Shown here: positions 9,444 through 19,588 of the stretch, one piece after another
How positions within the stretch are numbered: the first letter of the stretch is position 1
Layout of the letters: each line of letters begins with the position of its first letter
Assembly: GCA_041389025.1 (NCBI GenBank)
Contig: JAWKSP010000001.1
Coordinates: forward strand, 192,002 to 256,001
Length of the DNA stretch: 64,000 nucleotides
Reading direction: 5' to 3'
DNA from: Minisyncoccota bacterium
Lineage (GTDB): Bacteria; Patescibacteriota; Minisyncoccia; Phycocordibacterales; UBA918
Translations under genes and position numbers: made by a program
Notes under the pieces: generated by a model
What the model was told of the DNA's origin: nothing
Databases searched by the model: none
The model's input: only the letters and a program-made list of their open reading frames with translations

Positions 9444-9896
9444 TTAACAGATTTTATACTCCACAATCTTTACACTTTCTGAATAAGCCTTTTCAATAAT
9501 TTCCTGATGGTCAAAAGCTAGGTCAGGTAAATCATTTAAAGGAAACCATTTATATTCCTTGGCGTCAGTTTTTGGAGTAACGGTTGGTTTTTCTGACATT
9601 TCAACTAAAAAAGCAAAGGAGGTAAACTGACCTCTTGGATCACGATCGACAGCATCAAAATAACCAAAGAATTTCAAATCTTTAACAGCGACAGCCACGC
9701 TCGTTTCTTCTTCTAATTCCCTAACAGCAGTTTCTACCACCCTTTCTCCAGACTCCAACTTACCGCCAGGCAAAGCCCACATATTCTTAAATGGAGACTT
9801 GGCTCTTTTTATAAGTAGAACTTCCGGCACCTTATCAGAAATATACAAAAGGACAATATCAGCCACGATTGTGGCGTTGTGTGTATTTTTATTCAT
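9444..9896 (-). CDS. NUDIX hydrolase
   Basis: Nudix box GGKLESGERVVETAVRELEEETSV. Confidence 0.8.
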   Translation of the reverse strand: MNKNTHNATIVADIVLLYISDKVPEVLLIKRAKSPFKNMWALPGGKLESGERVVETAVRELEEETSVAVAVKDLKFFGYFDAVDRDPRGQFTSFAFLVEMSEKPTVTPKTDAKEYKWFPLNDLPDLAFDHQEIIEKAYSESVKIVEYKIC

Positions 9897-9955
9897 AATT
9901 ACCTCAAATTGTTAAACACAAGAACAAATGAAACTATAATAAACTAGCACAAAAA

Positions 9956-10363
9956 TTATTTATTTACCAAATAATCACTAAACCTTTCTTTTAAAGCCGG
10001 AATAACATCACTTCTTTCAAAAAATTCCTCTTGGGTGAACAGTCTCCATCTTTGCCCTTCGGTTAAATTAATTTTGCCAATATCTATCTTATCTAATTTT
10101 GCTACCATAAATAATGCTTTTTGATTAGGGTCTTTTTGTGCTGGATAAATTTTTTGCCACACAAAAGAATCTTCCGCTAAATAAAGTCCAGTCTCTTCTT
10201 CAACCTCTCGAACGGCACACTGAAAAGGTGTTTCATCTCCTTCTTTACCACCACCGAGAAAATCCCACATGTTAGCATTAAACAAACTGGGTTTGTTATC
10301 ACGTAAATACATTAACAACTTATCTTCAACTATTACAGCGACTTTTACTCCATGAAAATCCAT
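9956..10363 (-). CDS. NUDIX hydrolase (second tandem paralogue)
   Basis: Nudix box GGGKEGDETPFQCAVREVEEETGL. Confidence 0.8.
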   Translation of the reverse strand: MDFHGVKVAVIVEDKLLMYLRDNKPSLFNANMWDFLGGGKEGDETPFQCAVREVEEETGLYLAEDSFVWQKIYPAQKDPNQKALFMVAKLDKIDIGKINLTEGQRWRLFTQEEFFERSDVIPALKERFSDYLVNK

Positions 10364-10372
10364 AAATGATAA

Positions 10373-11077
10373 TTATTTCTCTCTAAGCAACAACAATCTA
10401 AAAATATTCCCCACCACTCCCACCAACAATCCAAATAATAGTAACCCAACAAATCTGGTTGCCACATACACCACCTCACCAAACTGAGTGTCAGGCACAG
10501 TAACAGACACACCTCCCATAAAGACTTTTAGCGACCACCACATACCGGCCGGTATACTAGCGAATGATTTTGTATCTGGCTCCGTCAAATAAATTAAAGT
10601 TCCCATAATCAATAAGCTAAGCAATAAAGTGGCACCATATATCAACACATTAAACCCATAGACACCGAAAGATTCTTCCATATCTTTGTCCTTGGGAACA
10701 CGAGTAATTTTTACCAATCGCAACATACGAAGCAGTCTTATGATCCTAATCGCTCGAGCTGACTTAAGAAAAGTTAGATTACCCAACCCAAGAATGGTAG
10801 GTAAAATAGCCAAGAGATCAACAATTCCCAAAAAACTAAATACATATTTGTGTTTTGGTCTTGTCACCAGCAAGCGCCCAATATACTCCGCTAAAAAAAT
10901 AATCACTGCTACCAACTCGATAAATAAAAACTGTTTTTCATACACCACAAGAGACGGGACCGTTTCCAGCACTACTGCTAAAATAGAAATAATTGTTACA
11001 ACTGCCAAGAAGTTACCGGTCCGAGAAAACGTCCCTGATTCAGTATCAAGAAACGCTCGTTTTAGTATTTTGTACAT
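10373..11077 (-). CDS. voltage-gated ion channel superfamily protein (6TM with S4 sensor), non-K+ pore
   Basis: S4-like ARAIRIIRLLRMLRLVKITR with Arg every third residue; six hydrophobic segments; pore region SIPAGMWWSLKVFMGG lacks GYG. Confidence 0.55.
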   Translation of the reverse strand: MYKILKRAFLDTESGTFSRTGNFLAVVTIISILAVVLETVPSLVVYEKQFLFIELVAVIIFLAEYIGRLLVTRPKHKYVFSFLGIVDLLAILPTILGLGNLTFLKSARAIRIIRLLRMLRLVKITRVPKDKDMEESFGVYGFNVLIYGATLLLSLLIMGTLIYLTEPDTKSFASIPAGMWWSLKVFMGGVSVTVPDTQFGEVVYVATRFVGLLLFGLLVGVVGNIFRLLLLREK

Positions 11078-11120
11078 AGAACAATCATATCATGTACAAT
11101 ATCTACTTATTCCATACACG

Positions 11121-11873
11121 TCATATCGTAAGCATCCACTCCTCCAACGCCAAATCAATATCTCTCCTACCAGCATGCCCGTCATGGTATAGCTGTAAAA
11201 GTTTAGCTGAAATATTTTCCAACTCTCCTTCTTTAAAGTTACTTAAAGCACGCTTAGCTTTATTGTAGGGAAAATCTTTTATTCCGGCTTCGGTTGCTGT
11301 TTTAGTAAGTTTAGCTAAACGCATAGTTTTAAGTTGCCACCATAAAACACCGATTATTTCCTCAGTCGCTAATTTATTTCTTTTAGCCTCTTGAAATAAG
11401 ACCCAGAGTAAACGTTTATCTTTTCTGGATAAGGCATCGGCCATCGAAAAAGCATTGAATCTGTCTGTAGCAGTTTTTTTAAACTCACTTATTTTTTCAG
11501 CAAATTTTTCAAAAACTTTCTTATCTTTGGCAGTTAAACTGTTTTCAATAATAACAAAAGTTTGAGCCGAAGAAGCTAACGACTCCAAAGACAATAACAG
11601 TTCTTCATAAAAAAGAGAATCAATAGAAGGAGTGTCCAGTAAGTAAACCGGTGGCAAACCAAACAAAACCATTCCATTACTTAAGCTTGACAATTGCCCG
11701 TCTTCATAAGTCCCTCCTTCTATTTTGATGAGAATCTGATCTTCTTCTAAAATTGACTCGGCATAACTATGCGCCTCCTGCCTTACTTTCACCTGGTCAT
11801 TTCCGTAAAACAAAGAATACATATATTCATTGTACCTAAATCTTCCACTCTTGCCTATCCGCCCAATTGTCAC
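11121..11873 (-). CDS. holA: DNA polymerase III delta subunit-like (HolA)
   Basis: 250 aa; LFYGND...LFGLPP and FSMADALSRKDKRLLWVL resemble HolA; directly downstream of polA. Confidence 0.45.
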   Translation of the reverse strand: MTIGRIGKSGRFRYNEYMYSLFYGNDQVKVRQEAHSYAESILEEDQILIKIEGGTYEDGQLSSLSNGMVLFGLPPVYLLDTPSIDSLFYEELLLSLESLASSAQTFVIIENSLTAKDKKVFEKFAEKISEFKKTATDRFNAFSMADALSRKDKRLLWVLFQEAKRNKLATEEIIGVLWWQLKTMRLAKLTKTATEAGIKDFPYNKAKRALSNFKEGELENISAKLLQLYHDGHAGRRDIDLALEEWMLTI

Positions 11874-14235
11874 CTACCGATACTGACACCTTTAGTGGTA
11901 CCCCGTGATTATTCTTACCATTCAGCGCTTTCTCCATTATGGAAACCAGATCTGGAATTAATTGATTAACCTTTTCTTGCTTAATTTCAAACACCAACTC
12001 ATCATGCACTTGAAGTAAAATTTTTACTTCTTCTGCTATTTTTTTATCCTCTATATATTGGTGTATTTTATTCATAGCAATCCGCACAATATCAGCCGCC
12101 GTACCCTGTATCGGTGCATTAATAGCCATTCTTTCGGCTTGCGCTCTAATAAAAGGAGCAGAAGAATTTATCCCTGGAAAATGACGTTGTCTACCAAACA
12201 GAGTTTCAGTATAACCATGATTTCTGGCAAACTCTTTGGTTTCTTCTAAATATTCTGCCAGTCTAGTAAAGGTATGAAAATAAGCATTTAAAAAACTTTG
12301 CGCTTCCTCCCGTGACGTATCCTCTCCTAAATTAGCCTTCAAAGCATTCACTCCCATGCCGTACAAAATACCAAAATTTATCACCTTAGCTTTGCGACGC
12401 ATCTCACTAGTCACCTCGTCTGCATTTACTCCAAACACCCTGACTGCCACACCGGTATGCACGTCTTCACCGCGCCTGAAAATATCAATCATCTTTTTAT
12501 CCTCAGATAAAATAGCGGCGATTCTAAGCTCGATCTGAGAATAATCTATAGCCACCATAGTATATCCATCATCGGCTTCAAACGCTCGTCTGATGGATTT
12601 ACTTTCTTCGGTCCTAATCGGAATATTTTGTAGATTTGGATCCTTAGAACCAATCCGTCCCGTCACAGTACCGGTCTGCAAAAAAGTAGTTCGTACCCGA
12701 CCATCTTCATCGACCTGTTCGGGTAAAGTATCAATATAAGTAGAGACCAATTTTTGCAACTCACGATAACGTAAAATCATTGGAATAATTTTGTGACTAT
12801 CACGCAATTTTTCCAGCTCAGACTCCTTGGTAGAGCGCTGTCCGCTGGCAGTCTTTTTTTGATTTTTGGCTTTTAAACCAAGTTTATCGAACAACACTTC
12901 CCCCATTTGTTTGGGTGAATTTATATTAAACTCTACACCAGCTTCTTTATAAATTTGCTCGGACAAATCATCCAGTTCTTTATGCATTTGTTTGGACAGC
13001 TTTTTTAGATAATTAATATTTAACTTTATACCGGTACTATTGATTTTTGCGATTACTTTTCGTAACGGTAGTTCAATTTCTTCATATACACACTTTAGTT
13101 TTTTGTTCTTGTTTATTTCTACCTGTAGTCGTTCTTTGATTTTTTTAAAATCATCTAACTCAAAACGAGCTCGACCATAATCAATAATATCGTTTACAGT
13201 AGAGCCGGTTCGCTCACTCTCCAAAAGCCATAGCATAATAGAAGTCTCACCCACATCCTCTTCACTGATATTTTGCACCAATTCTTCAATACTGATTTCT
13301 GGATCAATATTTAAAACAGTCTTTACTCTTGTCGCTAAAGTACGAAAACCCAGCTCACTAAAAAGCGACATAATATCCTCCACCTCAAGCCCTTCCTGCC
13401 ATGAGTTTTTAGGTAGTTCAAAAATAACTGGCACATCAGTACGAATAGTAGCCAGCATTTTAGAAAATTCCGCTTCTTCTTTTCCTTCTTTTAGTAAATT
13501 TATAATTCTTGGTTTAATTCCCGCTTCGATAAACTTGTCTTCATTTTTTTCTAGTTTTTTATAGATAGATTCCAAATCACCAAAATTTATTATCAGCTCA
13601 GTCGCGGTTTTTTCACCAATCCCCACAATTCCCGGGATATTATCGGAAGCATCGCCACGTAACCCTTTGTAGTCCGGAATTAATTTAGGTGGAAAACCAA
13701 ATCTGTCTTTCACCGCCTTCTCATCATATAAAATTGTATCTTTAATACCTTTCTTTAAAGTATATACCTTTACTCGTTTTCCATCGATACATTGCATAGT
13801 ATCCATATCCCCAGAGGCAATTATCACCTCTAAATCTTTATCTTTAGTTTGTTTGGCAATTGTGCCAAGTAAATCATCAGCCTCAAAACCGGCGTGTTCA
13901 TAAATAGGAATACCAAAAACTTTGAAGATATCACGTGAGCGGTTTATTTGTGTCACTAAAGTATCGTCAGTTTTTTCTCGCTTAGCTTTATAGCCATCAA
14001 AAGCCTCGTGACGATAGGTTGGCTCCGGCAAATCATAACAAGCTACGATGTAGTCTGGTTTGAATTCTTCAATTATTTTTAAAAGCATGGCCACTACCCC
14101 ATAAAGCGCACCAGTTGGCTCCCCGTTTGGTGAAGTAAAATCCGGTAAAGCATGGAAGGCTCGATGTAAAATTGCATGTGCGTCTAAGAGAATCAATTTC
14201 TTTTGATCTTTTGTTTTAGTTTTTGCTGTTGCCAT
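11836..14235 (-). CDS. polA: DNA polymerase I (5'-3' exonuclease plus polymerase domains; 3'-5' exo region reduced)
   Basis: 799 aa; 5' nuclease N-term (LILLDAHAILHRAFHAL); pol motif A DYSQIELR, motif B RRKAKVINFGILYGMG, motif C LQVHDELVFE. Confidence 0.9.
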   Translation of the reverse strand: MATAKTKTKDQKKLILLDAHAILHRAFHALPDFTSPNGEPTGALYGVVAMLLKIIEEFKPDYIVACYDLPEPTYRHEAFDGYKAKREKTDDTLVTQINRSRDIFKVFGIPIYEHAGFEADDLLGTIAKQTKDKDLEVIIASGDMDTMQCIDGKRVKVYTLKKGIKDTILYDEKAVKDRFGFPPKLIPDYKGLRGDASDNIPGIVGIGEKTATELIINFGDLESIYKKLEKNEDKFIEAGIKPRIINLLKEGKEEAEFSKMLATIRTDVPVIFELPKNSWQEGLEVEDIMSLFSELGFRTLATRVKTVLNIDPEISIEELVQNISEEDVGETSIMLWLLESERTGSTVNDIIDYGRARFELDDFKKIKERLQVEINKNKKLKCVYEEIELPLRKVIAKINSTGIKLNINYLKKLSKQMHKELDDLSEQIYKEAGVEFNINSPKQMGEVLFDKLGLKAKNQKKTASGQRSTKESELEKLRDSHKIIPMILRYRELQKLVSTYIDTLPEQVDEDGRVRTTFLQTGTVTGRIGSKDPNLQNIPIRTEESKSIRRAFEADDGYTMVAIDYSQIELRIAAILSEDKKMIDIFRRGEDVHTGVAVRVFGVNADEVTSEMRRKAKVINFGILYGMGVNALKANLGEDTSREEAQSFLNAYFHTFTRLAEYLEETKEFARNHGYTETLFGRQRHFPGINSSAPFIRAQAERMAINAPIQGTAADIVRIAMNKIHQYIEDKKIAEEVKILLQVHDELVFEIKQEKVNQLIPDLVSIMEKALNGKNNHGVPLKVSVSVGDNWADRQEWKI

Positions 14236-14274
14236 TTCTATAGTATACCGATTTTATAATATTGTGACACTAGA

Positions 14275-14329
14275 AAAAAGCGGTGATTAAAGGACTGATT
14301 AAAATCAGTCTTTTAATCACCGCTTTTTT
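14275..14329. terminator. long hairpin (about 21-bp stem, one mismatch), tsaE terminator
   Basis: aaaaagcggtgattaaaggactgatt aaa aatcagtcttttaatcaccgctttttt. Confidence 0.55.
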
Positions 14330-14349
14330 CTACCTCGCACACCACTACC

Positions 14350-14847
14350 TCAATCCAAACCATCCACCACTACCTCACGACCACCCTCTTCACTTACCAA
14401 AAAGTTTAACCAAATAGTATCTTTTGGTAATTCTTCAGTAATTTTGCCTGCCCATTCAACACAAATTAAATTTTTACCATCAACCAATAAGTCATTAAAA
14501 CCTAAAGGTTTCAATTCTTGCACATCATCAATTCGATAGACATCCATATGCACCAAACAGCCCCACTGAGTTTTATTTGGTAGTGAATATTTTTTCATAA
14601 TGGTAAAAGTTGGACTATTCACCACCCCATCAACTCCCAACTGCTTAGCTAAAAACTGCACAAAAGTTGTCTTTCCTGCTCCTAAATCACCACAAAAAGC
14701 CAAAACTGTGGCTTGGTTTAAATTTTTTTTTAATTTTAGAGTATTAAAAACATTAGTTACAAACCTTTCTAAATCAGTAACATTTTCGATTTTTTCTTTA
14801 ATCATACATTGTACTAGAGATATTCTGAGAGTAACAACAGCCAACAT
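14350..14847 (-). CDS. tsaE: tRNA threonylcarbamoyladenosine biosynthesis ATPase TsaE (YjeE)
   Basis: 165 aa; P-loop GDLGAGKTTF; VNSPTFTIMKKY motif. Confidence 0.8.
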   Translation of the reverse strand: MLAVVTLRISLVQCMIKEKIENVTDLERFVTNVFNTLKLKKNLNQATVLAFCGDLGAGKTTFVQFLAKQLGVDGVVNSPTFTIMKKYSLPNKTQWGCLVHMDVYRIDDVQELKPLGFNDLLVDGKNLICVEWAGKITEELPKDTIWLNFLVSEEGGREVVVDGLD

Positions 14848-14904
14848 AACATAATGTTGGCTGTTATTTTGGTAAAAAATAGTTATTCTTATTCATTTCT
14901 GGCT

Positions 14905-15213
14905 TTAGCCCTTTTTTGCTTCCACCTGCATGATTATGCGGTTAGTTATATCATTTAAATCTTCTGCTGAAGATAAATGACATTTCTTTAACTTTAATTC
15001 TCTATTAAGCTTTGAAGCTGGCCATTTTTCATCTTCGGCTTGTTTTTCAATGTCGTAACATTTACTTACTTGCCTCTTATGAAAAACATTGACCGCTGCC
15101 ACACTAGCAACTGGTACTAAATAACCACCACCAGCCAACATAAGTTGGGCACAGCCCGACAAACTTAAATAAAAAACCAAAGCTATGACTAAGCTAAATA
15201 TTCGCTTTTTCAT
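14905..15213 (-). CDS. hypothetical lipoprotein
   Basis: 102 aa; signal peptide with lipobox LSLSGC. Confidence 0.4.
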   Translation of the reverse strand: MKKRIFSLVIALVFYLSLSGCAQLMLAGGGYLVPVASVAAVNVFHKRQVSKCYDIEKQAEDEKWPASKLNRELKLKKCHLSSAEDLNDITNRIIMQVEAKKG

Positions 15214-15354
15214 TTCTTCCTCCTGTTTTTAAACTAAATTTTACAAAAAACTTTTTTACCGGCACAGAATCATACCATGTTCACCATACCATAAATATAT
15301 AAATACACAATAGTTTTATAACCATGCTACAATTAAAAAATATTTATTTAACGT

Positions 15355-17082
15355 ATGGTTCAATTTGATGACAAATTTACTAATCTAAGAATTAACGACC
15401 TTAGAAAGGACGAGGAGGAAAAACTTATTCAATCTCTAGCTCCTCAATATGGCTTTGATTATATAAACTTACATGGTTACACCATAAACCCTGAAGCTGT
15501 TGCCTTGATTCCAGAAGAAAGCGCTAGACAAGCTGAGCTGGTCGCTTTTGATTATACTCACAACACTATTTCTGTAGCTGTTCGTAATCCCAATAACAAA
15601 AACACTCAAATCATCTTGGAAAAAATTCAAACCGACCGGCAAAATTTGCAAATTTATATGTGCTCAACCAGTAGCCTTAAGCACGCTTGGGCTCGCTATG
15701 CTGACTTAGTGGATACTAAAGCCCGTAAAAAAGGAGTGTTTGATATTGATACTGAAATAATTACCAACCTAATAAAAGATATAAAAACCACTGATGATGT
15801 AATAAACAAACTAAAACATATCAGCACCATAAACAATTCCAGACGAATCACTGAAACTATCGAGATAATGTTTGCTGGAGCAATCGGTCTTTTTGCTTCT
15901 GACATACACATAGAACCAGAACAACAAGCTATCAGATTACGCTACCGTCTAGACGGTGTTCTACATGACATTTATGATGTAGACAATTATATTTACAACC
16001 GTCTCATGTCTAGAATAAAACTCTTGGCCGGTATGACTTTAAACAAAAAAATGGAGGCTCAAGATGGACGCTTTACTTTTGTGGTCGGTGATAAAGAAAT
16101 CGAAGTTAGAACCTCAGTTATCCCAGGCGCCTTAGGTGAATCTGCGGTAATGCGTCTTTTAGACCCTAGTGTAGCCAGCTTTGATATTAACAGCATCGAC
16201 CTCAACCCCATACTTAGAGAAGTTATTGATAAAGAACTTAAAAAACCAAACGGTTTAATCATCACCACCGGCCCCACCGGCTCTGGAAAAACTACTGCCT
16301 TATACTCATTTCTAAAAGAAACACATAAAGAAGGGGTAAAGATTATCACCATTGAAAATCCGGTTGAATACAAAATTGAGGGAGTAGTACAAACCCAAAC
16401 CGGCGATGATTATACTTTCGCCTCAGGACTCCGAGCCATCTTACGTCAAGACCCTGACATAATTCTTGTTGGTGAAATCCGTGATGAAGAAGTTGCCACG
16501 ACAGCCATACATGCCGCCCAGACCGGCCACTTAGTATTCTCAACCCTGCACACCAACAGCGCAGTTGGTGGTTTTCCTCGTCTAATTGATCTAGGAGTAG
16601 ACCCAAGAATAATTGGCAGCTCTATCAATATAATGATGGGGCAAAGATTGGTTAGAAAATTATGTGACTGCAAGCAACCGGAAGAAATAAGTAAAAGCGA
16701 CAGAAATCTAATTATGGAAACAGCCAAAAAACACCCAGCCGGTATAGTGATACCAGAGCCTTTAGTGATATACAAAGCGGTCGGTTGTTCAAAGTGTGAC
16801 CAAACTGGTTTTAAGGGACGAATGGGAATTTTTGAAGCAATTTTGGTTGACGAGGCAGTTGAAGCGGCAGTAATTCGTGACCCTCGCGAACACGTCATAC
16901 TAGAAGCTGCCGAACCACAAGGCATACCCACCATGGTTGAAGATGGTATAGAAAAAGTCATTAGAGGTATCACCTCTTTAGCAGAGTTGGAAAGAGTGGT
17001 TGAACTACCAAGAAAATCCGAAAAAGCTTTACCTAATAAAAAAATTAACGATGACGACTTTCTTTCACATGTAGTATCGTAA
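15355..17082 (+). CDS. pilB: type IV pilus / type II secretion ATPase (PilB/GspE family)
   Basis: 575 aa; GSPII_E N-domain; Walker A TGPTGSGKTT; Asp box and His box (VLVGEIRD...TGHLVFSTLHTN); C-terminal CxxC...CxxC. Confidence 0.85.
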   Translation: MVQFDDKFTNLRINDLRKDEEEKLIQSLAPQYGFDYINLHGYTINPEAVALIPEESARQAELVAFDYTHNTISVAVRNPNNKNTQIILEKIQTDRQNLQIYMCSTSSLKHAWARYADLVDTKARKKGVFDIDTEIITNLIKDIKTTDDVINKLKHISTINNSRRITETIEIMFAGAIGLFASDIHIEPEQQAIRLRYRLDGVLHDIYDVDNYIYNRLMSRIKLLAGMTLNKKMEAQDGRFTFVVGDKEIEVRTSVIPGALGESAVMRLLDPSVASFDINSIDLNPILREVIDKELKKPNGLIITTGPTGSGKTTALYSFLKETHKEGVKIITIENPVEYKIEGVVQTQTGDDYTFASGLRAILRQDPDIILVGEIRDEEVATTAIHAAQTGHLVFSTLHTNSAVGGFPRLIDLGVDPRIIGSSINIMMGQRLVRKLCDCKQPEEISKSDRNLIMETAKKHPAGIVIPEPLVIYKAVGCSKCDQTGFKGRMGIFEAILVDEAVEAAVIRDPREHVILEAAEPQGIPTMVEDGIEKVIRGITSLAELERVVELPRKSEKALPNKKINDDDFLSHVVS

Positions 17083-17101
17083 TTTTACTTACCTCAAAGA
17101 T

Positions 17102-17130
17102 AAAAAACAGCTGTGGTCAAGCTGTTTTTT
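17102..17130 (+). terminator. intrinsic terminator aaaaaacagct-gtggtca-agctgtttttt
   Basis: Hairpin plus T-run just 3' of pilB. Confidence 0.6.
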
Positions 17131-17179
17131 ATTTAGAAGTATGTTATATTCAAAGCTAGTTAAAAGTTGTCTTTGAATT

Positions 17180-17320
17180 TTCGAAACCATAACTCTCTAA
17201 GCAAGGCTTCCGCATTGAAAGTGAGTACCGCGCTAAGAGAATTTACAGCATTCTCACTCTAAAGGTGAGCGCCAAAAAAACCTCGCAACGTACCCAAGGT
17301 TGCTTAGAGAGTTATTGTCT
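17180..17320. other. about 140-nt structured inverted-repeat element (candidate small ncRNA or MITE-like repeat)
   Basis: Perfect 16-bp arms ataactctctaagcaa (17189-17204) / ttgcttagagagttat (17300-17315) enclosing 95 nt with nested helices (gagaat...attctc; gtgag...ctcac). Confidence 0.3.
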
Positions 17321-17459
17321 CGAATTAAATTAAAATATTCACCTAAAACCACCACAAGTGTCGACTGTCTAATACAACAACCAAAATCGACCGGAGAACA
17401 AATTACCGTGTAATGTTAGCATATTTATAATATTTGTCAATACTTTAATTAAAGGTTAC

Positions 17460-17972
17460 TTAGCTGGGAGTAGAAGTCTCGAACCCAATTAATTCATTTT
17501 CTTCTATAAGAATAGGCCTTTTTTCACCATCCTTTACTAAAATAAGTGGTTGTTGATTTATTTTCATAGTCAAATCAGTCACATTAACTCCGTCTGGTAG
17601 ATAAAGTAGCGTTACTAAAGTAAACTCTCCTGACTTACCTTCTGGTAAATAATAAAGATTGTCCTTAATCTCCGCCTTACTCAACACTAAAGAGGTGGTG
17701 TTGCCTAAACCAAAATATTCTCCATTATCTAAAATATCATAACTAACTCCATACAAACCACTATCTTGTTCTAAAGTCGATCTGACAGCAGCGATAGGTA
17801 GGTAAGTCTCTCGGTTCAAAAAACCAAATTTATAAGTAATGGTGTATAAAACTGTATTTTGACTGATCGTCTGCGCCGTCTGATCAACCACACCATAAGC
17901 AAAACCAGCTTGAGGCAACAGCAGTCCTACTACCAAAAACAAAGATGTATAGAGTATTTTTATTTCTTTCAT
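17460..17972 (-). CDS. hypothetical secreted protein
   Basis: 170 aa; signal peptide MKEIKILYTSLFLVVGLLLPQAGFAYG. Confidence 0.4.
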   Translation of the reverse strand: MKEIKILYTSLFLVVGLLLPQAGFAYGVVDQTAQTISQNTVLYTITYKFGFLNRETYLPIAAVRSTLEQDSGLYGVSYDILDNGEYFGLGNTTSLVLSKAEIKDNLYYLPEGKSGEFTLVTLLYLPDGVNVTDLTMKINQQPLILVKDGEKRPILIEENELIGFETSTPS

Positions 17973-18042
17973 AATTAAGTAATTTTAGCACTCAAAAAGA
18001 ACAACGACAACCAACTAACCGAAATGTCTAAAATTTGCTAAA

Positions 18043-19038
18043 ATGACCACAATGGACAAACCAATCCGAAACATAACCAAAGACAATACCAGTAATTTAG
18101 ACCAAACCCTTCGCCCACAAACTTGGGATGATTATATTGGACAAACCAAAACCAAAGAAAATTTACGAATCCTTCTAACTGCAGCCAAAAAACGCGGCCA
18201 TGCTGCCGAACACATTTTACTCTACGGACCACCTGGTCTAGGAAAAACCACTTTAGCGCACTTAGTAGCCAAAACCTTAGGCACCAACATGCGCACCACT
18301 TCCGGTCCAGCCATTGAACGAGTTGGTGACTTAGCAGCGATTTTAACCAACCTCTCCCCTGGCGACGTCTTGTTTATTGATGAAATCCACCGCTTATCCA
18401 AAAGTATTGAAGAAGTATTATATCCAGCGATGGAATCAGGTGTTTTAGATATAATTATCGGCAAAGGTCCTTCTGCCCGAACTGTTCAACTAGAGCTACC
18501 GCCTTTTACCTTAGTGGCCGCTACCACCCGCATCTCTATGCTATCAGCTCCGTTGCGATCACGTTTTTCGGGTGGCACTTTTCGTCTAGAATTTTACAGT
18601 CAAGAAGAGATAGCTAAAATATTAGAACATTCAGCTCAGGTACTGGAAATATCGCCAGATGACCCAACTATTATGAGTATTGCCAGACGCTGTCGCTCTA
18701 CCCCTCGTACCGCCAACTATCTTCTTAAGCGCTGTCGTGATATGGCTGAACTAGAAGAAGGTAGTCTGACCGAAGAAATCGTTGAACGGACTTTTTCTTT
18801 ACTAGAAATAGACGAACTCGGCCTCGGTTCTCCGGACAGACTAGTGCTGGAAGTAATAATAAATAAATTTAGCGGCGGACCAGTTGGTCTAAACACCATC
18901 GCAGCTGCTACCGGCGAAGAACAATCGACCATAGAAGACGTAATAGAACCCTATCTTATTCGCCAAGGTCTTCTCGATCGCACCCCCCGTGGACGTACCG
19001 TTACCCCAGAGGCTTATAAACATTTACAAATAATCTAA
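18043..19038 (+). CDS. ruvB: Holliday junction DNA helicase RuvB
   Basis: Walker [12 protein letters not shown]; Walker [10 protein letters not shown]; RuvB-specific sensor and winged-helix C-term. Confidence 0.9.
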   Translation: MTTMDKPIRNITKDNTSNLDQTLRPQTWDDYIGQTKTKENLRILLTAAKKRGHAAEHILLYGPPGLGKTTLAHLVAKTLGTNMRTTSGPAIERVGDLAAILTNLSPGDVLFIDEIHRLSKSIEEVLYPAMESGVLDIIIGKGPSARTVQLELPPFTLVAATTRISMLSAPLRSRFSGGTFRLEFYSQEEIAKILEHSAQVLEISPDDPTIMSIARRCRSTPRTANYLLKRCRDMAELEEGSLTEEIVERTFSLLEIDELGLGSPDRLVLEVIINKFSGGPVGLNTIAAATGEEQSTIEDVIEPYLIRQGLLDRTPRGRTVTPEAYKHLQII

Positions 19039-19043
19039 AAAAT

Positions 19044-19583
19044 ATGTCAGGACATAATAAATGGTCAAAAATAAAACACAAAAAAGCGGCGACTGATGCG
19101 CAAAAGAGTAAGATTTTTTCTAAACATTCGAGCCTAATAACAATTGAATCAAGAAAAGCGAAAGGTGACATAAATTCACCTGGCTTGGTTGCAGCTATAG
19201 AAAGAGCAAAAAAAGATTCAATGCCAAAAGACAATATTGATCGAGCGATAGCAAAAGGTAGCGGTGCTGAAGCTGACAAATTGGAAGAAGTAATGTTTGA
19301 AACCTATGGACCAAGTGGTGTAGCAATTCTTATAACCGCCGTCACCGACAACAATAACCGCACCAACCAAGAAATCAAACACCTTCTAAGCAAATCAGGT
19401 TACCAATTAGGCGCCCCCGGTTCCGCTAGCTGGGCTTTTACCAAAACAGATTCAGGTTATGCGCCAAACTCACCTCTAACAATATCTCCAGAAGATGAGG
19501 AAAAATTAGCTGATTTAATTGAAAAAATTGAAGATTTAGATGATGTACAAGACATTTATACTACAGCTGATAATATAGAATAA
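19044..19583 (+). CDS. YebC/PmpR-family transcriptional regulator (shortened, 179 aa)
   Basis: MSGHNKWSKIKHKKAATDAQKSKIF...MPKDNIDRAIAKGSG...DDVQDIY: YebC N- and C-terminal signatures. Confidence 0.7.
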   Translation: MSGHNKWSKIKHKKAATDAQKSKIFSKHSSLITIESRKAKGDINSPGLVAAIERAKKDSMPKDNIDRAIAKGSGAEADKLEEVMFETYGPSGVAILITAVTDNNNRTNQEIKHLLSKSGYQLGAPGSASWAFTKTDSGYAPNSPLTISPEDEEKLADLIEKIEDLDDVQDIYTTADNIE

Positions 19584-19588
19584 AACCT

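Noticed and set aside
10686-11192. 168-aa plus-strand ORF overlapping the ion-channel and holA-like genes
   Set aside because: It is antisense to two motif-supported genes and has biased low-complexity composition.
16059-16973. Several minus-strand ORFs (104, 86 and 175 aa) inside pilB
   Set aside because: They are antisense to a well-supported PilB/GspE coding sequence, with no motifs, and are typical shadow ORFs.
17180-17320. Identification of the structured element as SRP RNA, 6S RNA, tmRNA or RNase P RNA
   Set aside because: No GGAA-tetraloop or AGCAGCC SRP domain-IV motif, no tRNA-like end, and it is too short for RNase P or tmRNA. It is left as an unclassified structured element.
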